Shown piece by piece: positions 1 through 9,769 of a stretch of DNA of 64,000 nt. The DNA is taken from positions 41,060 to 105,059 of the forward strand of contig CAXGMD010000002.1 in NCBI GenBank assembly GCA_964010765.1, given 5' to 3'. Position 1 is the stretch's first letter, and each line of letters starts with the position of its first letter. A program made the position numbers and the translations under genes. Below the pieces are notes generated by a model that was not told where the DNA came from, made no database searches, and worked only from the letters and a program-made list of their open reading frames with translations. The DNA is from an uncultured bacterium (GTDB lineage: Bacteria > SAR324 > NAC60-12).

Positions 1-185
1 GTTTTCTAGGTATGCCTGGTCCCGATGCGATTGAGGCATTCGCTAAGCAAAACATTCCTCTGGGCCATTATGGAGATCCAGAAGATGTGTCAGCATTGGT
101 TGCTTACTTGGCATCACCACACGGGAAATTCATCACTGGCCAGGCAATCAACGTTGATGGTGGTATGGTCAAAGCATTGATTTAA
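1..185 (+). CDS. Short-chain dehydrogenase/reductase, 3' end only (truncated by window edge)
   Basis: Hand translation of frame 3 gives ...[43 protein letters not shown], a typical SDR C-terminus (TG..I.VDGG); stop TAA at 183-185. Confidence 0.85.
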   Translation, partial: FLGMPGPDAIEAFAKQNIPLGHYGDPEDVSALVAYLASPHGKFITGQAINVDGGMVKALI

Positions 186-249
186 TTTCTGAATTTTTTA
201 AGAAAATAAATATTCAGGGTGCATCCCACACAAATAATGGAGGAATCTG

Positions 250-1254
250 ATGAAAAAGTTGTTGAATGATCCATACAAGTACGTTGATGAAATGTTGGTC
301 GGAATGTGTGCGGCTCACCCTGAAATTTACAGACAGACTGGCGAAGGTGGACGGGTCATTACCCGAGCTGGGTCTCAAAGACCAGGTAAGGTTGGTATAG
401 TCTCAGGGGGTGGTTCAGGACACTTGCCTGTGTTTACAGGCTATGTGGGCCATGGGCTTTTAGATGCTTGTGCGATTGGAGATGTATTCGCATCTCCGTC
501 GGTCGAGCAGATGGCTGAAGCGATGAAAGTTGCTCATGCGGGTGCGGGAGTGTTGCGCCTCTACGGAAATTATGGGGGAGATGTGATGAACTTCGATATG
601 GCTGGAGAGCAACTGGAGATGGAGGAAGATATCCAATCGACCACTGTTCTCCTGGCAGATGATGTTTCCTCTGCTCCACCTGAGGAAGCGGAGAAACGTC
701 GAGGTGTTGCAGGAATGGTCTACGCTTTCAAAATCGCAGGAGCTGCGGCTGAACAAATGCGATCGCTAGAGGAAGTGACCCGAATTGCCCAAGACACCGC
801 AGATTCCTGCCGTAGTGTAGGGGCTGCATTGACTCCTTGCACAATCCCACAAGCTGGTAAAGCAACCTTTGAGATTGCCGAGGATGAAATGGAAATGGGA
901 ATGGGTATTCATGGGGAACCTGGAGTATGGAGAGGCAAGCTCAAATCGGCAGATGAAATTGCTCTTGAGATGGTTGATCGCTTGATTGCGGATCGGGCGA
1001 TTAGTTCAGGTGATCGGCTCTCAGTAATGGTTAATAGTCTCGGTGCCACACCTCCTGAAGAACTCTACATCCTCTATCGAATTGTAAAAAAGCGGATTGA
1101 AGATTTGGGAGCCACAATAGTGATGCCACTTGTCGGGCGCTACGCAACTTCAATGGAAATGGCAGGCGTCTCTATGACATTTTGTTTCTTAAATCAGGAA
1201 AGAGAGGCATTACTTCAGGCACCTGCGCGTTGTGCTTTTTGGCAGGTAGGATGA
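250..1254 (+). CDS. dhaK: Dihydroxyacetone kinase family, DhaK subunit (substrate uncertain)
   Basis: GGGSGH, NYGGDVMNF, RRGVAG and GMGIHGEPG Dak1 motifs; GGAGG RBS upstream. Confidence 0.9.
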   Translation: MKKLLNDPYKYVDEMLVGMCAAHPEIYRQTGEGGRVITRAGSQRPGKVGIVSGGGSGHLPVFTGYVGHGLLDACAIGDVFASPSVEQMAEAMKVAHAGAGVLRLYGNYGGDVMNFDMAGEQLEMEEDIQSTTVLLADDVSSAPPEEAEKRRGVAGMVYAFKIAGAAAEQMRSLEEVTRIAQDTADSCRSVGAALTPCTIPQAGKATFEIAEDEMEMGMGIHGEPGVWRGKLKSADEIALEMVDRLIADRAISSGDRLSVMVNSLGATPPEELYILYRIVKKRIEDLGATIVMPLVGRYATSMEMAGVSMTFCFLNQEREALLQAPARCAFWQVG

Positions 1255-1850
1255 TGAAAGTTTCGTGGTTGCAGGACCAACTACCCCGGTTGGCTGAACA
1301 CCTAGAATCAAGTGCAGAGGAACTGAACGGCCTAGATGCCCAACTTGGGGATGGTGACCTCGGGGTGACAATGGTTCGCGGGGGTCGGCAGCTTCTGGAG
1401 ATTCGGGAAGAACTTCCTGATGATTGGGGAACGGCGCTGCTAAAGTGTGCCCAAGCCTTTACCAAAACCAGTGGCTCCAGTTACGGGACCATCCTGGCTA
1501 CAGGTTTGATGGCGATGGCCAAGCAGAAGAAGGGGCAGGCAGAATTGGATGCTACTGAGTGGGCTGGTCTACTCAAATTGGCACTGGAGGCAATGCAACA
1601 ACGTGGCAAAGCAGAGTTGGGTCAGAAGACCGTCTTGGACCCACTCTCAGCAGCGCAGATGAAATTAGAAAGTGCTCCTGAAGCAAGTCTCACTGATCTG
1701 ATCGAGGTGGTGCAGCAAACGATAGATGACTTCAGGGATAAGCCCTGCCAAATTGGCAGAGCTCGCATTTTTCAGGACAAGTCAATTGGCTTGGATGATC
1801 CTGGAATGGTTGCATTCAAAAGGCTTCTTGAGGGTCTCGATTCCAATTAG
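1251..1850 (+). CDS. dhaL: Dihydroxyacetone kinase family, DhaL subunit
   Basis: LD..LGDGDLG, G.KTVLD and GRA...DPG Dak2 motifs; start placed at ATG 1251, overlapping the dhaK stop (ATGA). Confidence 0.9.
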   Translation: MMKVSWLQDQLPRLAEHLESSAEELNGLDAQLGDGDLGVTMVRGGRQLLEIREELPDDWGTALLKCAQAFTKTSGSSYGTILATGLMAMAKQKKGQAELDATEWAGLLKLALEAMQQRGKAELGQKTVLDPLSAAQMKLESAPEASLTDLIEVVQQTIDDFRDKPCQIGRARIFQDKSIGLDDPGMVAFKRLLEGLDSN

Positions 1851-1929
1851 TAGACTAGATCCTAAAGGTAATTCCTCCTAAGGAATGTCTCCACCCTCAA
1901 TTTTAGATAAAATCGTTGAAGATAAATAC

Positions 1930-2270
1930 TGTGGGTAAGATCCTCTCGGTCGTTCAAATCACACTGATGAGTTGGCCCGCAAATATACGACGCCAATCCT
2001 CAAGGATGAACGGATAACGGATTCTGGCCAACCAACAGGGGAATCTTTAAGACCTTTGAAACGGCAAGATCTCTTGTCGATGGTGGCCTGCGAAAAATTG
2101 AAATTGGCTGATCCTGATTTTACCGGGAAGAAACACTACAATATGCGGTTACCTTGGGCAGAAGCATATCCAAGGCTGTTTACGGTGAACTGAACTCACA
2201 GCAGGCTTTGGATGAGGCTGCTGAAGAATGTGCCAAGATTTACAGAAACTTGGAATAGATAACCAAAAGT
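1930..2270 (+). pseudogene. Eroded 3' remnant of a family-1 extracellular solute-binding protein gene
   Basis: Frame from 2118 reads LQYAVTLGRSISKAVYGELNSQQALDEAAEECAKI and continues KLGIDNQK after a frameshift, resembling sugar SBP C-termini; no intact start; 5' boundary approximate. Confidence 0.55.
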
Positions 2271-2391
2271 AACACAACGAGAACTTCCTTCCTTACTTAA
2301 GAAAACTGGTTACAAGATCTAAGACTTCTCCTGTCATTGCCCTGATGGTTAATGATACTTTCTACTCTCCTTCGTCTGCTTCCGCCTTAAT

Positions 2392-3423
2392 ATGATTTCT
2401 GAAAATAGCCGTCACTTATATCTGCAACTCCTGCGGGTTAGAACTTTTGAAGACCGAGTGGGTGAATTATTTCTTCAGGGGGGAAGCGCTGGAACCATGC
2501 TTCATTTGTCCATTGGAGAGGAAGCTCCAGCAGTTGGAGTTGCTGAAGCGATGCAGCCCAAGGATAGTTTTACAACCCATCATCGTGGTCATGGAATTTT
2601 TCTCGCTCGAGGTGCGGACCCGAAAAGAATGCTCGCTGAAATAGCTGGAAAAGAAGCCGGTTACTGTCGAGGGAAGGGTGGTTCCATGCACATTGCGGAT
2701 CGAAAATTAGGTCATCTTGGGGCAAATGCGATCGTGGGTGGAGGGATTCCTCATGTCGTTGGTGCTGGATTGAGTTACCAACTTCTAAAAATTCCTGCGG
2801 TTTCCATCGCTTTCTTTGGTGATGGAGCCATGCAGCAGGGAAATTTATACGAAAGTATGAATCTGGCCGCGCTTTGGAAACTTCCAGTCCTCTTTGTTTG
2901 TATCAACAATCAATATGGAATGGGGACTAGACTCGACCAGGCTAGTGCATCCCTTGAGTTTGTAAAGCGTGCCGAGTCTTTTGGGTTAGTTGGCAAAGAG
3001 GTGTCAGGACTTGATGTGGAAGAAGTAAAAAAAGAGGCAGTGGATATTTTAGAGTTGGCGCGTGCAGGGAAACCATCTTTCATGAAAATTGACTGCTATC
3101 GCTTCCATGGGCATGCGAGGAAAGACAAGAGTCCCTATCGAGATCAGAATGAGGAAGAGGAAGGTCGAAAAAAAGATCCCATAAAATTTCAGGCAGATCG
3201 ATTAATAGAACAAGGAGTCTCCGCCTCGGAGATGGATAGTTTGCACAAAAAGGTTGCTGATGAAATGGATGAAGCTTTGATTTTCGCCTTGGAAACTCAG
3301 GAACCTTTGTTGAATTCAATGTTCGAAGATGTCTATGCCCCTAATTTGACGCATCCAGAATCTGTCGGGTCAAGGATTGATCGTGCACTGTACTCTGATA
3401 TCCTTGAGGGGGACTATCGATGA
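2392..3423 (+). CDS. TPP-dependent dehydrogenase E1 alpha subunit (AcoA/PdhA-like), copy 1
   Basis: HHRGHG, GKGGSMH, GDGA...NN TPP motif, YRFHGH. Confidence 0.9.
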   Translation: MISENSRHLYLQLLRVRTFEDRVGELFLQGGSAGTMLHLSIGEEAPAVGVAEAMQPKDSFTTHHRGHGIFLARGADPKRMLAEIAGKEAGYCRGKGGSMHIADRKLGHLGANAIVGGGIPHVVGAGLSYQLLKIPAVSIAFFGDGAMQQGNLYESMNLAALWKLPVLFVCINNQYGMGTRLDQASASLEFVKRAESFGLVGKEVSGLDVEEVKKEAVDILELARAGKPSFMKIDCYRFHGHARKDKSPYRDQNEEEEGRKKDPIKFQADRLIEQGVSASEMDSLHKKVADEMDEALIFALETQEPLLNSMFEDVYAPNLTHPESVGSRIDRALYSDILEGDYR

Positions 3424-4397
3424 AAGAGATGACCTATCGGGATGCCCTGCGTTTGGGCCTTCAGGAATCAATGCAGTCTGATCCAACTATCGTAATCTTG
3501 GGAGAGGAGGTTGGGAGATACGGGGGCGCATATGGGGTTACCAAGGGGCTTCTTCAAGAATTTGGGGAAGACTGGGTAAGAGATACTCCAATCTCAGAAG
3601 AAATATTAGTGGGAGCGGCGGTTGGAGCAGCAATGACTGGTTTGCGACCTGTTGCAGAGTTGATGTACGTCGATTTTATCACACTGGCGATGGATCAATT
3701 GGTGAACCAGGCTGCCAAGATCCGCTATATGTTTGGTGGGCAAATCAGTGTTCCGATGATGTTGCGAAGCCAAGGTGGTACAGGTAGATCTGCAGCAGCT
3801 CAACATTCACAAAGTCTGGAAGCCTGGGTGATGCATACTCCAGGATTGCACTTGGCAATGCCAGCTGATGCGACAGACGCCTACGTCTTGATCAAACATG
3901 CACTGACACTTGCTGATCCAGTAGTATTTCTGGAGCACAAAGGTTTGTACGCCCAAAGCTTTCCCTTTAATCCTGAATCCGCTCCCCCTTGGGGCAGGGC
4001 TAAGATCAGTCGGTCAGGCAATGATTGTTCAATTATTTGTTACTCCAGAATGGTTCAGCGCTCTCTGGAGGCGGCGGCCCAACTAGCTGAGTTGGGGGTG
4101 GAGGTGGAAGTTGTTGACCTGAGGACCTTGCATCCTCTGGATATGGAAACAGTAACAAAATCTGTCCGAAAGACAGGGCGGGCTCTTGTGGTCACGGAGG
4201 ACTGCCTGACAGCCGGTGTAAGCGCCGAGTTGTCAGCCAGAATCACGGAAGAAAACTTTGAGTACCTGGAAGAACCCGTCCTGCGAATGGCTGGAGAGGA
4301 TATTCCCATCCCTGTATCTCCTGCTTTGGAAGCTGTATCGGTGCCCACCAATGAAAGCATCAGACAAAGTATTCTCAAATTGATGCGAAAAAAATGA
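3420..4397 (+). CDS. TPP-dependent dehydrogenase E1 beta subunit (AcoB/PdhB-like), copy 1
   Basis: GEEVG..GG, DTPISE, GLRPVAE, AAQHSQS; ATGA overlap with alpha. Confidence 0.9.
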   Translation: MKEMTYRDALRLGLQESMQSDPTIVILGEEVGRYGGAYGVTKGLLQEFGEDWVRDTPISEEILVGAAVGAAMTGLRPVAELMYVDFITLAMDQLVNQAAKIRYMFGGQISVPMMLRSQGGTGRSAAAQHSQSLEAWVMHTPGLHLAMPADATDAYVLIKHALTLADPVVFLEHKGLYAQSFPFNPESAPPWGRAKISRSGNDCSIICYSRMVQRSLEAAAQLAELGVEVEVVDLRTLHPLDMETVTKSVRKTGRALVVTEDCLTAGVSAELSARITEENFEYLEEPVLRMAGEDIPIPVSPALEAVSVPTNESIRQSILKLMRKK

Positions 4398-5692
4398 GTA
4401 CTGAACTAAGACTTCCTCGGCTTGGAGAGACAATGGAGGAGGGGATTGTTGTCACTTGGAACCTTTCGGAGGGTGAGAGTTTTGAGCGGGGGGATACCCT
4501 GCTGGAGGTGGAAACTGATAAAATGGTTGCCGAAGTTCCAGCTCTGGAGTCTGGAACCCTGCTGGAAATTTTGGTCGAAGAGCAGGCAAAAGTAAAAGTT
4601 GGAGATATCCTCGCGCTAATTGATCCCTCAGAAAAAAGTCCCAGAAAAACTGAAATCCCAATCAAGACGGAACAGTCTGCCTCAAAAAACAACCCGGAAT
4701 CTCCCCCTCTTTCATACGATCCCTCGCAATCCTTGGCACATGATGAAAAAGTTCTGGACCTGATCCGCGCAATTCCCGGTGCAAGAAGACTAGCCAAACG
4801 TGATGGCATCGATTTAAAGACAATCATTGGAACTGGGCCAGCTGGTAGAATTGAGAGATTTGATGTTGTTAAAGTTTTTCAAAATGAACCAGCGGTAGCT
4901 TCCCCCAAAAAATCTTTGGGGCCACAAATGGGACCTGGTGGAATTCGTTTTCTGAGACGAGGAAAACAAAGCGGTACTCCTGTCGTACTATTGCATGGCT
5001 TTGCATCGGATCTTCATTCGTGGAGGCTAATCCATGGTCCTTTGTCACGTCATCGAGATGTTATTGCCTTGGAACTTCCTGGGCATGGTGAGTCTGGAGG
5101 TTGGCAAAGGAGTGGGGGTGTGCAGGCCTTAGCTCAACATCTTGAGCAGGTCATTATAGAACTTGAACTAGGGACAGTCGATCTTGTTGGTCACTCCCTT
5201 GGAGGAGCGATTGCTGTTTGTTTGGCTTCTCAGCAAACCAACATGGTTCGTCGGCTGACGCTGTTGGCTCCAGTCGGATTCGGCACTGAAATAAATTTGT
5301 CTGCTGTCGAGCAATTTACAGAAGAACTTTCAGTGTCAGAAATCGAGCTTGCTCTGTCTCGTCTTTTTTATGATTTACGATGGGTTAGTAAGGATTTGAT
5401 TGAAGCCACCAAGAAAAATTTTGGTAGCTCAAGCCGGAGAGTTCAGGCGAGGAATCTTTTAAAGAGTATCTTCCCATCGGGAAGTCAGGAATGGGATGGC
5501 CAGAGTTTATTGAGCAAATTGAATCAGCCAGTTCGCATAATATGGGGGGAAGAAGATTTGATCCTCCCCGTCAGACACCTCAATGGATTGCCAGGTTGGG
5601 TTGCCCAACACCGACTTTCAAAGGTGGGACATGTGCCTCAAATTGAAGCTGCACCGCTACTGTTGAGAATTTTACAGGCTGACCCGGCTTAA
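4394..5692 (+). CDS. AcoC-like E2: lipoyl domain + peripheral subunit-binding domain + alpha/beta hydrolase, copy 1
   Basis: ETDK lipoyl motif; ARRLAK..GIDL..I.GTGP.GRI..DV; LHGF, GHSLGG, WG..D, GH.P triad. Confidence 0.88.
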   Translation: MSTELRLPRLGETMEEGIVVTWNLSEGESFERGDTLLEVETDKMVAEVPALESGTLLEILVEEQAKVKVGDILALIDPSEKSPRKTEIPIKTEQSASKNNPESPPLSYDPSQSLAHDEKVLDLIRAIPGARRLAKRDGIDLKTIIGTGPAGRIERFDVVKVFQNEPAVASPKKSLGPQMGPGGIRFLRRGKQSGTPVVLLHGFASDLHSWRLIHGPLSRHRDVIALELPGHGESGGWQRSGGVQALAQHLEQVIIELELGTVDLVGHSLGGAIAVCLASQQTNMVRRLTLLAPVGFGTEINLSAVEQFTEELSVSEIELALSRLFYDLRWVSKDLIEATKKNFGSSSRRVQARNLLKSIFPSGSQEWDGQSLLSKLNQPVRIIWGEEDLILPVRHLNGLPGWVAQHRLSKVGHVPQIEAAPLLLRILQADPA

Positions 5693-5725
5693 AATTTTTT
5701 CGATTCTGACAAATCAGGGGAACAC

Positions 5726-7225
5726 ATGCAGAAAAGATATGTCATTGGGGTAGACGGCGGAACTGAGTCGCTTCGTGCCGGAGTCTTCGATCTCTTGGGG
5801 AATCCACTTGCCTTCGCATCAGTGACTTATCCGACTGACTTTCCAGTTCCCGGTTGGGCAGAACAAAATCCAGAAGATTGGTGGAATGCTCTCGGGGGGG
5901 CTGTTCGCCAAGCGGTGATCGATGCCAAAGTGGGCAAGCAGGAAATCTTAGGTCTTTGTCTGGATACGACTTGTTGCAGTGTTGTGGTCCTGGATGGTGC
6001 TGGAAATCCACTGAGACCCGCCTTGATCTGGATGGACATGCGTTCTGCTCCGCAGACAGAGCAAGTCTTGGCAACGGAGGATCCCGCGCTACAAGTCAAC
6101 AGTAATGGAAATGGGCCAGTCAGTGCTGAGTGGATGATTCCAAAGTCATTATGGATTCACCAAAATGAACCTGAAATTTTCCGGAATGCAGAGACTATCT
6201 GTGAGTTCCAAGATTACTTAAATCTTCACCTGACAGGCAAGCGAGTTGCCAGCATCAACAATGTCTCAGTACGATGGCACTATGGGCCTGGCTGGGGTGG
6301 CTGGCCGACTAGCATGGTTGAAAATTTAGGGATGCCGGAGTTGTTGACAAAATGGCCAGAAACAGTTCTCAGATTGGGCGAAGAAATTGGAAGCTTGACA
6401 TCAAGTGCCGCCTCTCATTTGGATCTCCAAGAAGGTTTGCCTGTTCTGCAAGGTGGTGCTGATGCTTTTATTGGGATGATTGGTCTGGGTGTAGTGGATC
6501 CGGGAAGTCTTGCATTTATTACAGGTTCTTCTCATCTCCACCTAGGGTTGAGTTCTCAGGCTTTCCACGGTCAGGGAATTTGGGGAACCTATGCTGATGC
6601 AGTAGTCCCTGGACTGCATGTGGTGGAGGGTGGTCAAACCTCAACAGGTTCTGTAGTCAGCTGGATTCGTAGAACTTTAGGCAACCCATCCTACGAAGAA
6701 TTGAATGAAGAGGCAGCTCAATTGGAACCTGGATCAGAAGGAGTTATTACTCAGGAACATTTTCAGGGAAACCGAACTCCTCACACGGATCCTCTTTCAC
6801 GGGGCGTCATTAGTGGGCTAACGTTAAAACATGAACGCGGCCATCTATTTCGAGCCACCCTAGAGGGGATTGCTTTTGGAACTGAATTGATCCTTGAAAC
6901 AATGAGGAATAATGGTTTCGCAGCGGAAACCGTTGTCTTGGCGGGAGGAGCTACTAGATCGAATCTGTGGCTACAAATTCATGCGGATGTTTCCAATTTA
7001 CCCTTGACTCTGACTAAGGTTCCAGACGCTCCGGCACTAGGCTCAGCGATCTTGGCAGCAGTTGGTTCAGGAGCTTTTAGTGATATTGGCAGTGCGGCTC
7101 GGAAAATGGTGCAGATTGATAGGGTGATCGAACCGAACTCAGAAACTCATGGTCTTTATCAGCCTTTTTATCATAGTTACCGAGAGCACTATCTAGCCAT
7201 GAAAAACGCTCGATCTGGTTTGTGA
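5726..7225 (+). CDS. FGGY-family carbohydrate kinase (ribulokinase-like)
   Basis: IGVDGGTES, GWAEQ, WMD.R, GGAD, GNRTP, WLQIHADV motifs. Confidence 0.9.
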   Translation: MQKRYVIGVDGGTESLRAGVFDLLGNPLAFASVTYPTDFPVPGWAEQNPEDWWNALGGAVRQAVIDAKVGKQEILGLCLDTTCCSVVVLDGAGNPLRPALIWMDMRSAPQTEQVLATEDPALQVNSNGNGPVSAEWMIPKSLWIHQNEPEIFRNAETICEFQDYLNLHLTGKRVASINNVSVRWHYGPGWGGWPTSMVENLGMPELLTKWPETVLRLGEEIGSLTSSAASHLDLQEGLPVLQGGADAFIGMIGLGVVDPGSLAFITGSSHLHLGLSSQAFHGQGIWGTYADAVVPGLHVVEGGQTSTGSVVSWIRRTLGNPSYEELNEEAAQLEPGSEGVITQEHFQGNRTPHTDPLSRGVISGLTLKHERGHLFRATLEGIAFGTELILETMRNNGFAAETVVLAGGATRSNLWLQIHADVSNLPLTLTKVPDAPALGSAILAAVGSGAFSDIGSAARKMVQIDRVIEPNSETHGLYQPFYHSYREHYLAMKNARSGL

Positions 7226-7236
7226 GCACCAAAGCC

Positions 7237-9186
7237 CTAGTTCATATTTTCAGTCCACTGATGACTGAGGCGTTTTACAGAAATCCCTGCTTTTTTCATG
7301 TGACGATAAATTGTTTTTCGATCACATCCCATACGTTTGGAGACTGCTGAGATATTCCAATTCATTTCCTCCAGCAAATCGTAGAGTGAGATTGATTCAG
7401 GATCCTGTTCTGCAGATGTTTTAAAGGTTATTGATGGATCCGATTTGCTTTTTCCTCCAAATTGAATTTCCTCTGGCAAGTCACTCAAATTGATGTGACC
7501 TTCCCCAAGAAGTTTTGCCAATTCAAGAATGTTTTCAAGCTGCCGAATATTCCCAGGCCACCCATACTGGAGCAACACTTCTTCGGCTTCTCTAGAGATG
7601 GTGGTCACTGATTCTTTCTGTCCTTTGTGTTGTTTTGCCAGAATTCGATTGATCAACCATTTGAGATCCTCACGTTCTCTAAGTGCGGGCATCGTGAAAG
7701 TAATGCCTGCTACACGGTAGTATAAATCTTCTCTGAATTCACCGGCTTCTACCAACTCACGCAAGTTGCGGTGGGAAGCACAAATCACCCGAATATGAAT
7801 ATGCTTCGTCTTTGATGAACCAATACGCATCAACTCCTTTTCAGCAAGTACTCTGAGCAACCTGGCCTGCAGATTCAGAGGCATATCCCCAATTTCATCC
7901 AAGAAAAGAATTCCACCATTCGCCTGTTCGATGAGGCCGATTTTCCCTTTTGCTCTGGCTCCGGTGAAGGCACCATTTTCGTAACCAAATAGCTCACTTT
8001 CAATTAAGTTTTCAGGAATGGCTGCACAGTTAATCGCAATGAATGGACCTGGGACTCTGCGCATTCCATGGATGTATTTTGCAAGAAATTCCTTGCCTGT
8101 TCCGGTTTCACCTTGGAGTAGGATATTAACCTCTGCTTCAACCAGTTTGTCGAGCTTGTGCGCGATGCTCTCCATCTTTTTATCACCCCCATGGAGTACC
8201 CCATAAGCTTTGTAAGGTGTATCTCCAAGAGTGTTTCTGACTGGTTGTCTAGTTTGTGTTGCACTGATGAAGTAGGTTTCTCCGTTGTGCATGCGTACCA
8301 ATCGTTTATGGACAGGAGTGTTCCGATTCATTAACGGTAGCTCTTCCATCCGCAATTCAAAGTAGTCGGACAACAGTTCATTCAGAACTTCATTTCCTTG
8401 ATGAATCCCCTTTTTTGGATTCAGCAGAGCCAGGGCTTTGCTCGTCATTCCATTGATCCTTCCACTCGAATTCAGCGAAATTGCGTAATCTGGAGCAATC
8501 TCCAGGAAGACGGATGACTTGCTGAATGTAACGAGCCACTCCGATTTGTAGTTATTGATTAAGGCCGCCATTTCAATTCTTGAGGCCCAGATACTCACTA
8601 ACTGTTGGGCAAATGATTGCGAGTTTTTTGATCTGGGAGCTTGGAGAGCTGAGACGTCAAGTACAGCCGCCAAATTACCAAAAGGATCATAGATTGGAGC
8701 TGCTGTGCAGGTGAGTGAGATATGGGAGGCATGGAAATGATCTGTTTTGTGAACTGTGATCGGTTTTCCAGTGTAGATACAGGCACCGATGCCATTAGTC
8801 CCTACCTTTTCCTCTAACCATTCTGCTCCTAAATAAAGACCTGCTTTGCGAAAAGCTGATTCCTTATCAGGATCACAAAGGTAATCCAAAGTGACTCCCT
8901 GAGAATTAGTCAGTAACACCACATAATTATACCCAACAATTTCCTGGTATAGAGTTTCGAGGCCGAATCTGGCTGTTCTCAATAAATCTTCAGCTTCATC
9001 AACATGTTCACGAAGATTTTCTTCTGGGAGAATGTAGGCAGATCTTCTTTCAAACGGATTTAGCTCATGGACTTGGATGCATCTGCGCCAAGAATCAATA
9101 ATTTCTTGGTCTCGATCCCCTTGGTGGGTCTCATTAATGACACTTTGGATCTCCTCAACGTGTAACACGTCTTGACTCTGATTCAT
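7237..9186 (-). CDS. acoR: AcoR-type sigma54-dependent activator (GAF + AAA+ + HTH)
   Basis: SWRRC and GTNGIG GAF region, GETGTGKE, ESELFGY..GAFTGA, FLDEIGDM, FREDLYYR, C-terminal HTH; start moved to ATG 9186, which has a GGAGG RBS. Confidence 0.9.
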   Translation of the reverse strand: MNQSQDVLHVEEIQSVINETHQGDRDQEIIDSWRRCIQVHELNPFERRSAYILPEENLREHVDEAEDLLRTARFGLETLYQEIVGYNYVVLLTNSQGVTLDYLCDPDKESAFRKAGLYLGAEWLEEKVGTNGIGACIYTGKPITVHKTDHFHASHISLTCTAAPIYDPFGNLAAVLDVSALQAPRSKNSQSFAQQLVSIWASRIEMAALINNYKSEWLVTFSKSSVFLEIAPDYAISLNSSGRINGMTSKALALLNPKKGIHQGNEVLNELLSDYFELRMEELPLMNRNTPVHKRLVRMHNGETYFISATQTRQPVRNTLGDTPYKAYGVLHGGDKKMESIAHKLDKLVEAEVNILLQGETGTGKEFLAKYIHGMRRVPGPFIAINCAAIPENLIESELFGYENGAFTGARAKGKIGLIEQANGGILFLDEIGDMPLNLQARLLRVLAEKELMRIGSSKTKHIHIRVICASHRNLRELVEAGEFREDLYYRVAGITFTMPALREREDLKWLINRILAKQHKGQKESVTTISREAEEVLLQYGWPGNIRQLENILELAKLLGEGHINLSDLPEEIQFGGKSKSDPSITFKTSAEQDPESISLYDLLEEMNWNISAVSKRMGCDRKTIYRHMKKAGISVKRLSHQWTENMN

Positions 9187-9345
9187 TTTTCCTCCCCTAA
9201 TTGCCAAAAAAACCAGATCTAATCCCCTGAATCTTCAGGCTGGCTGGATAAGCGTAACCTAGATTTAAAAATTAAATTCTTAAATTAATCCTTTTGAAAA
9301 AAAATTATGTTTGGTTATTTGATTAAGCGAAGCACTAACAGAATT

Positions 9346-9381
9346 CAAATGTTTTATCAAATGTTTTATCAAATGTTTGCT
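9346..9381. repeat. 12-bp tandem repeat x3 (CAAATGTTTTAT, CAAATGTTTTAT, CAAATGTTTGCT) containing an IHF-consensus match
   Basis: Read directly; TATCAAATGTTTG at 9367-9379 fits WATCAANNNNTTR. Confidence 0.6.
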
Positions 9382-9680
9382 CAGGAAATTTAAATTTTGA
9401 ACATGTCAATTAAATGAAGAAATTTTAACTCAATTTTTGTATCAAAATGTTTTCCAAAATTAAAATTTTAGCATGAATATAAACGAATATCTCATTATGA
9501 GTAACTCAATCGTCGTGATGATCTAAGAACAATTGAGCTAAGCAAAAGTTTGGTCTAGTTCCCGAGATCTCGTTCATTAGAATGGGACAAATACCCCAAA
9601 CGCCCCAAAGTAAATTCTGTCTTGCCCCACTTTTTTAAATCAGAAAATGCATAAGTCGCTGAAATGAAGTATGAATTTAA

Positions 9681-9697
9681 TTGGCACAGAATCTGTC
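9681..9697 (+). promoter_or_regulatory. Candidate sigma54 (-24/-12) promoter of acoABC
   Basis: TTGGCAC-AGAAT-CTGT: perfect -24 box, variant -12 (GT for GC); about 75 bp upstream of acoA and divergent from acoR. Confidence 0.6.
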
Positions 9698-9769
9698 TCT
9701 TTTCAACATGACAACAAGTCATTTTTCATATCTTTGCCTCACTTAACATTCAGATTTAGGGAGTAGCAC

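Noticed and set aside
1972..2193. 73-aa ORF between dhaL and E1alpha as a real gene
   Set aside because: TTG start, no motif; better explained as part of a frameshifted SBP remnant
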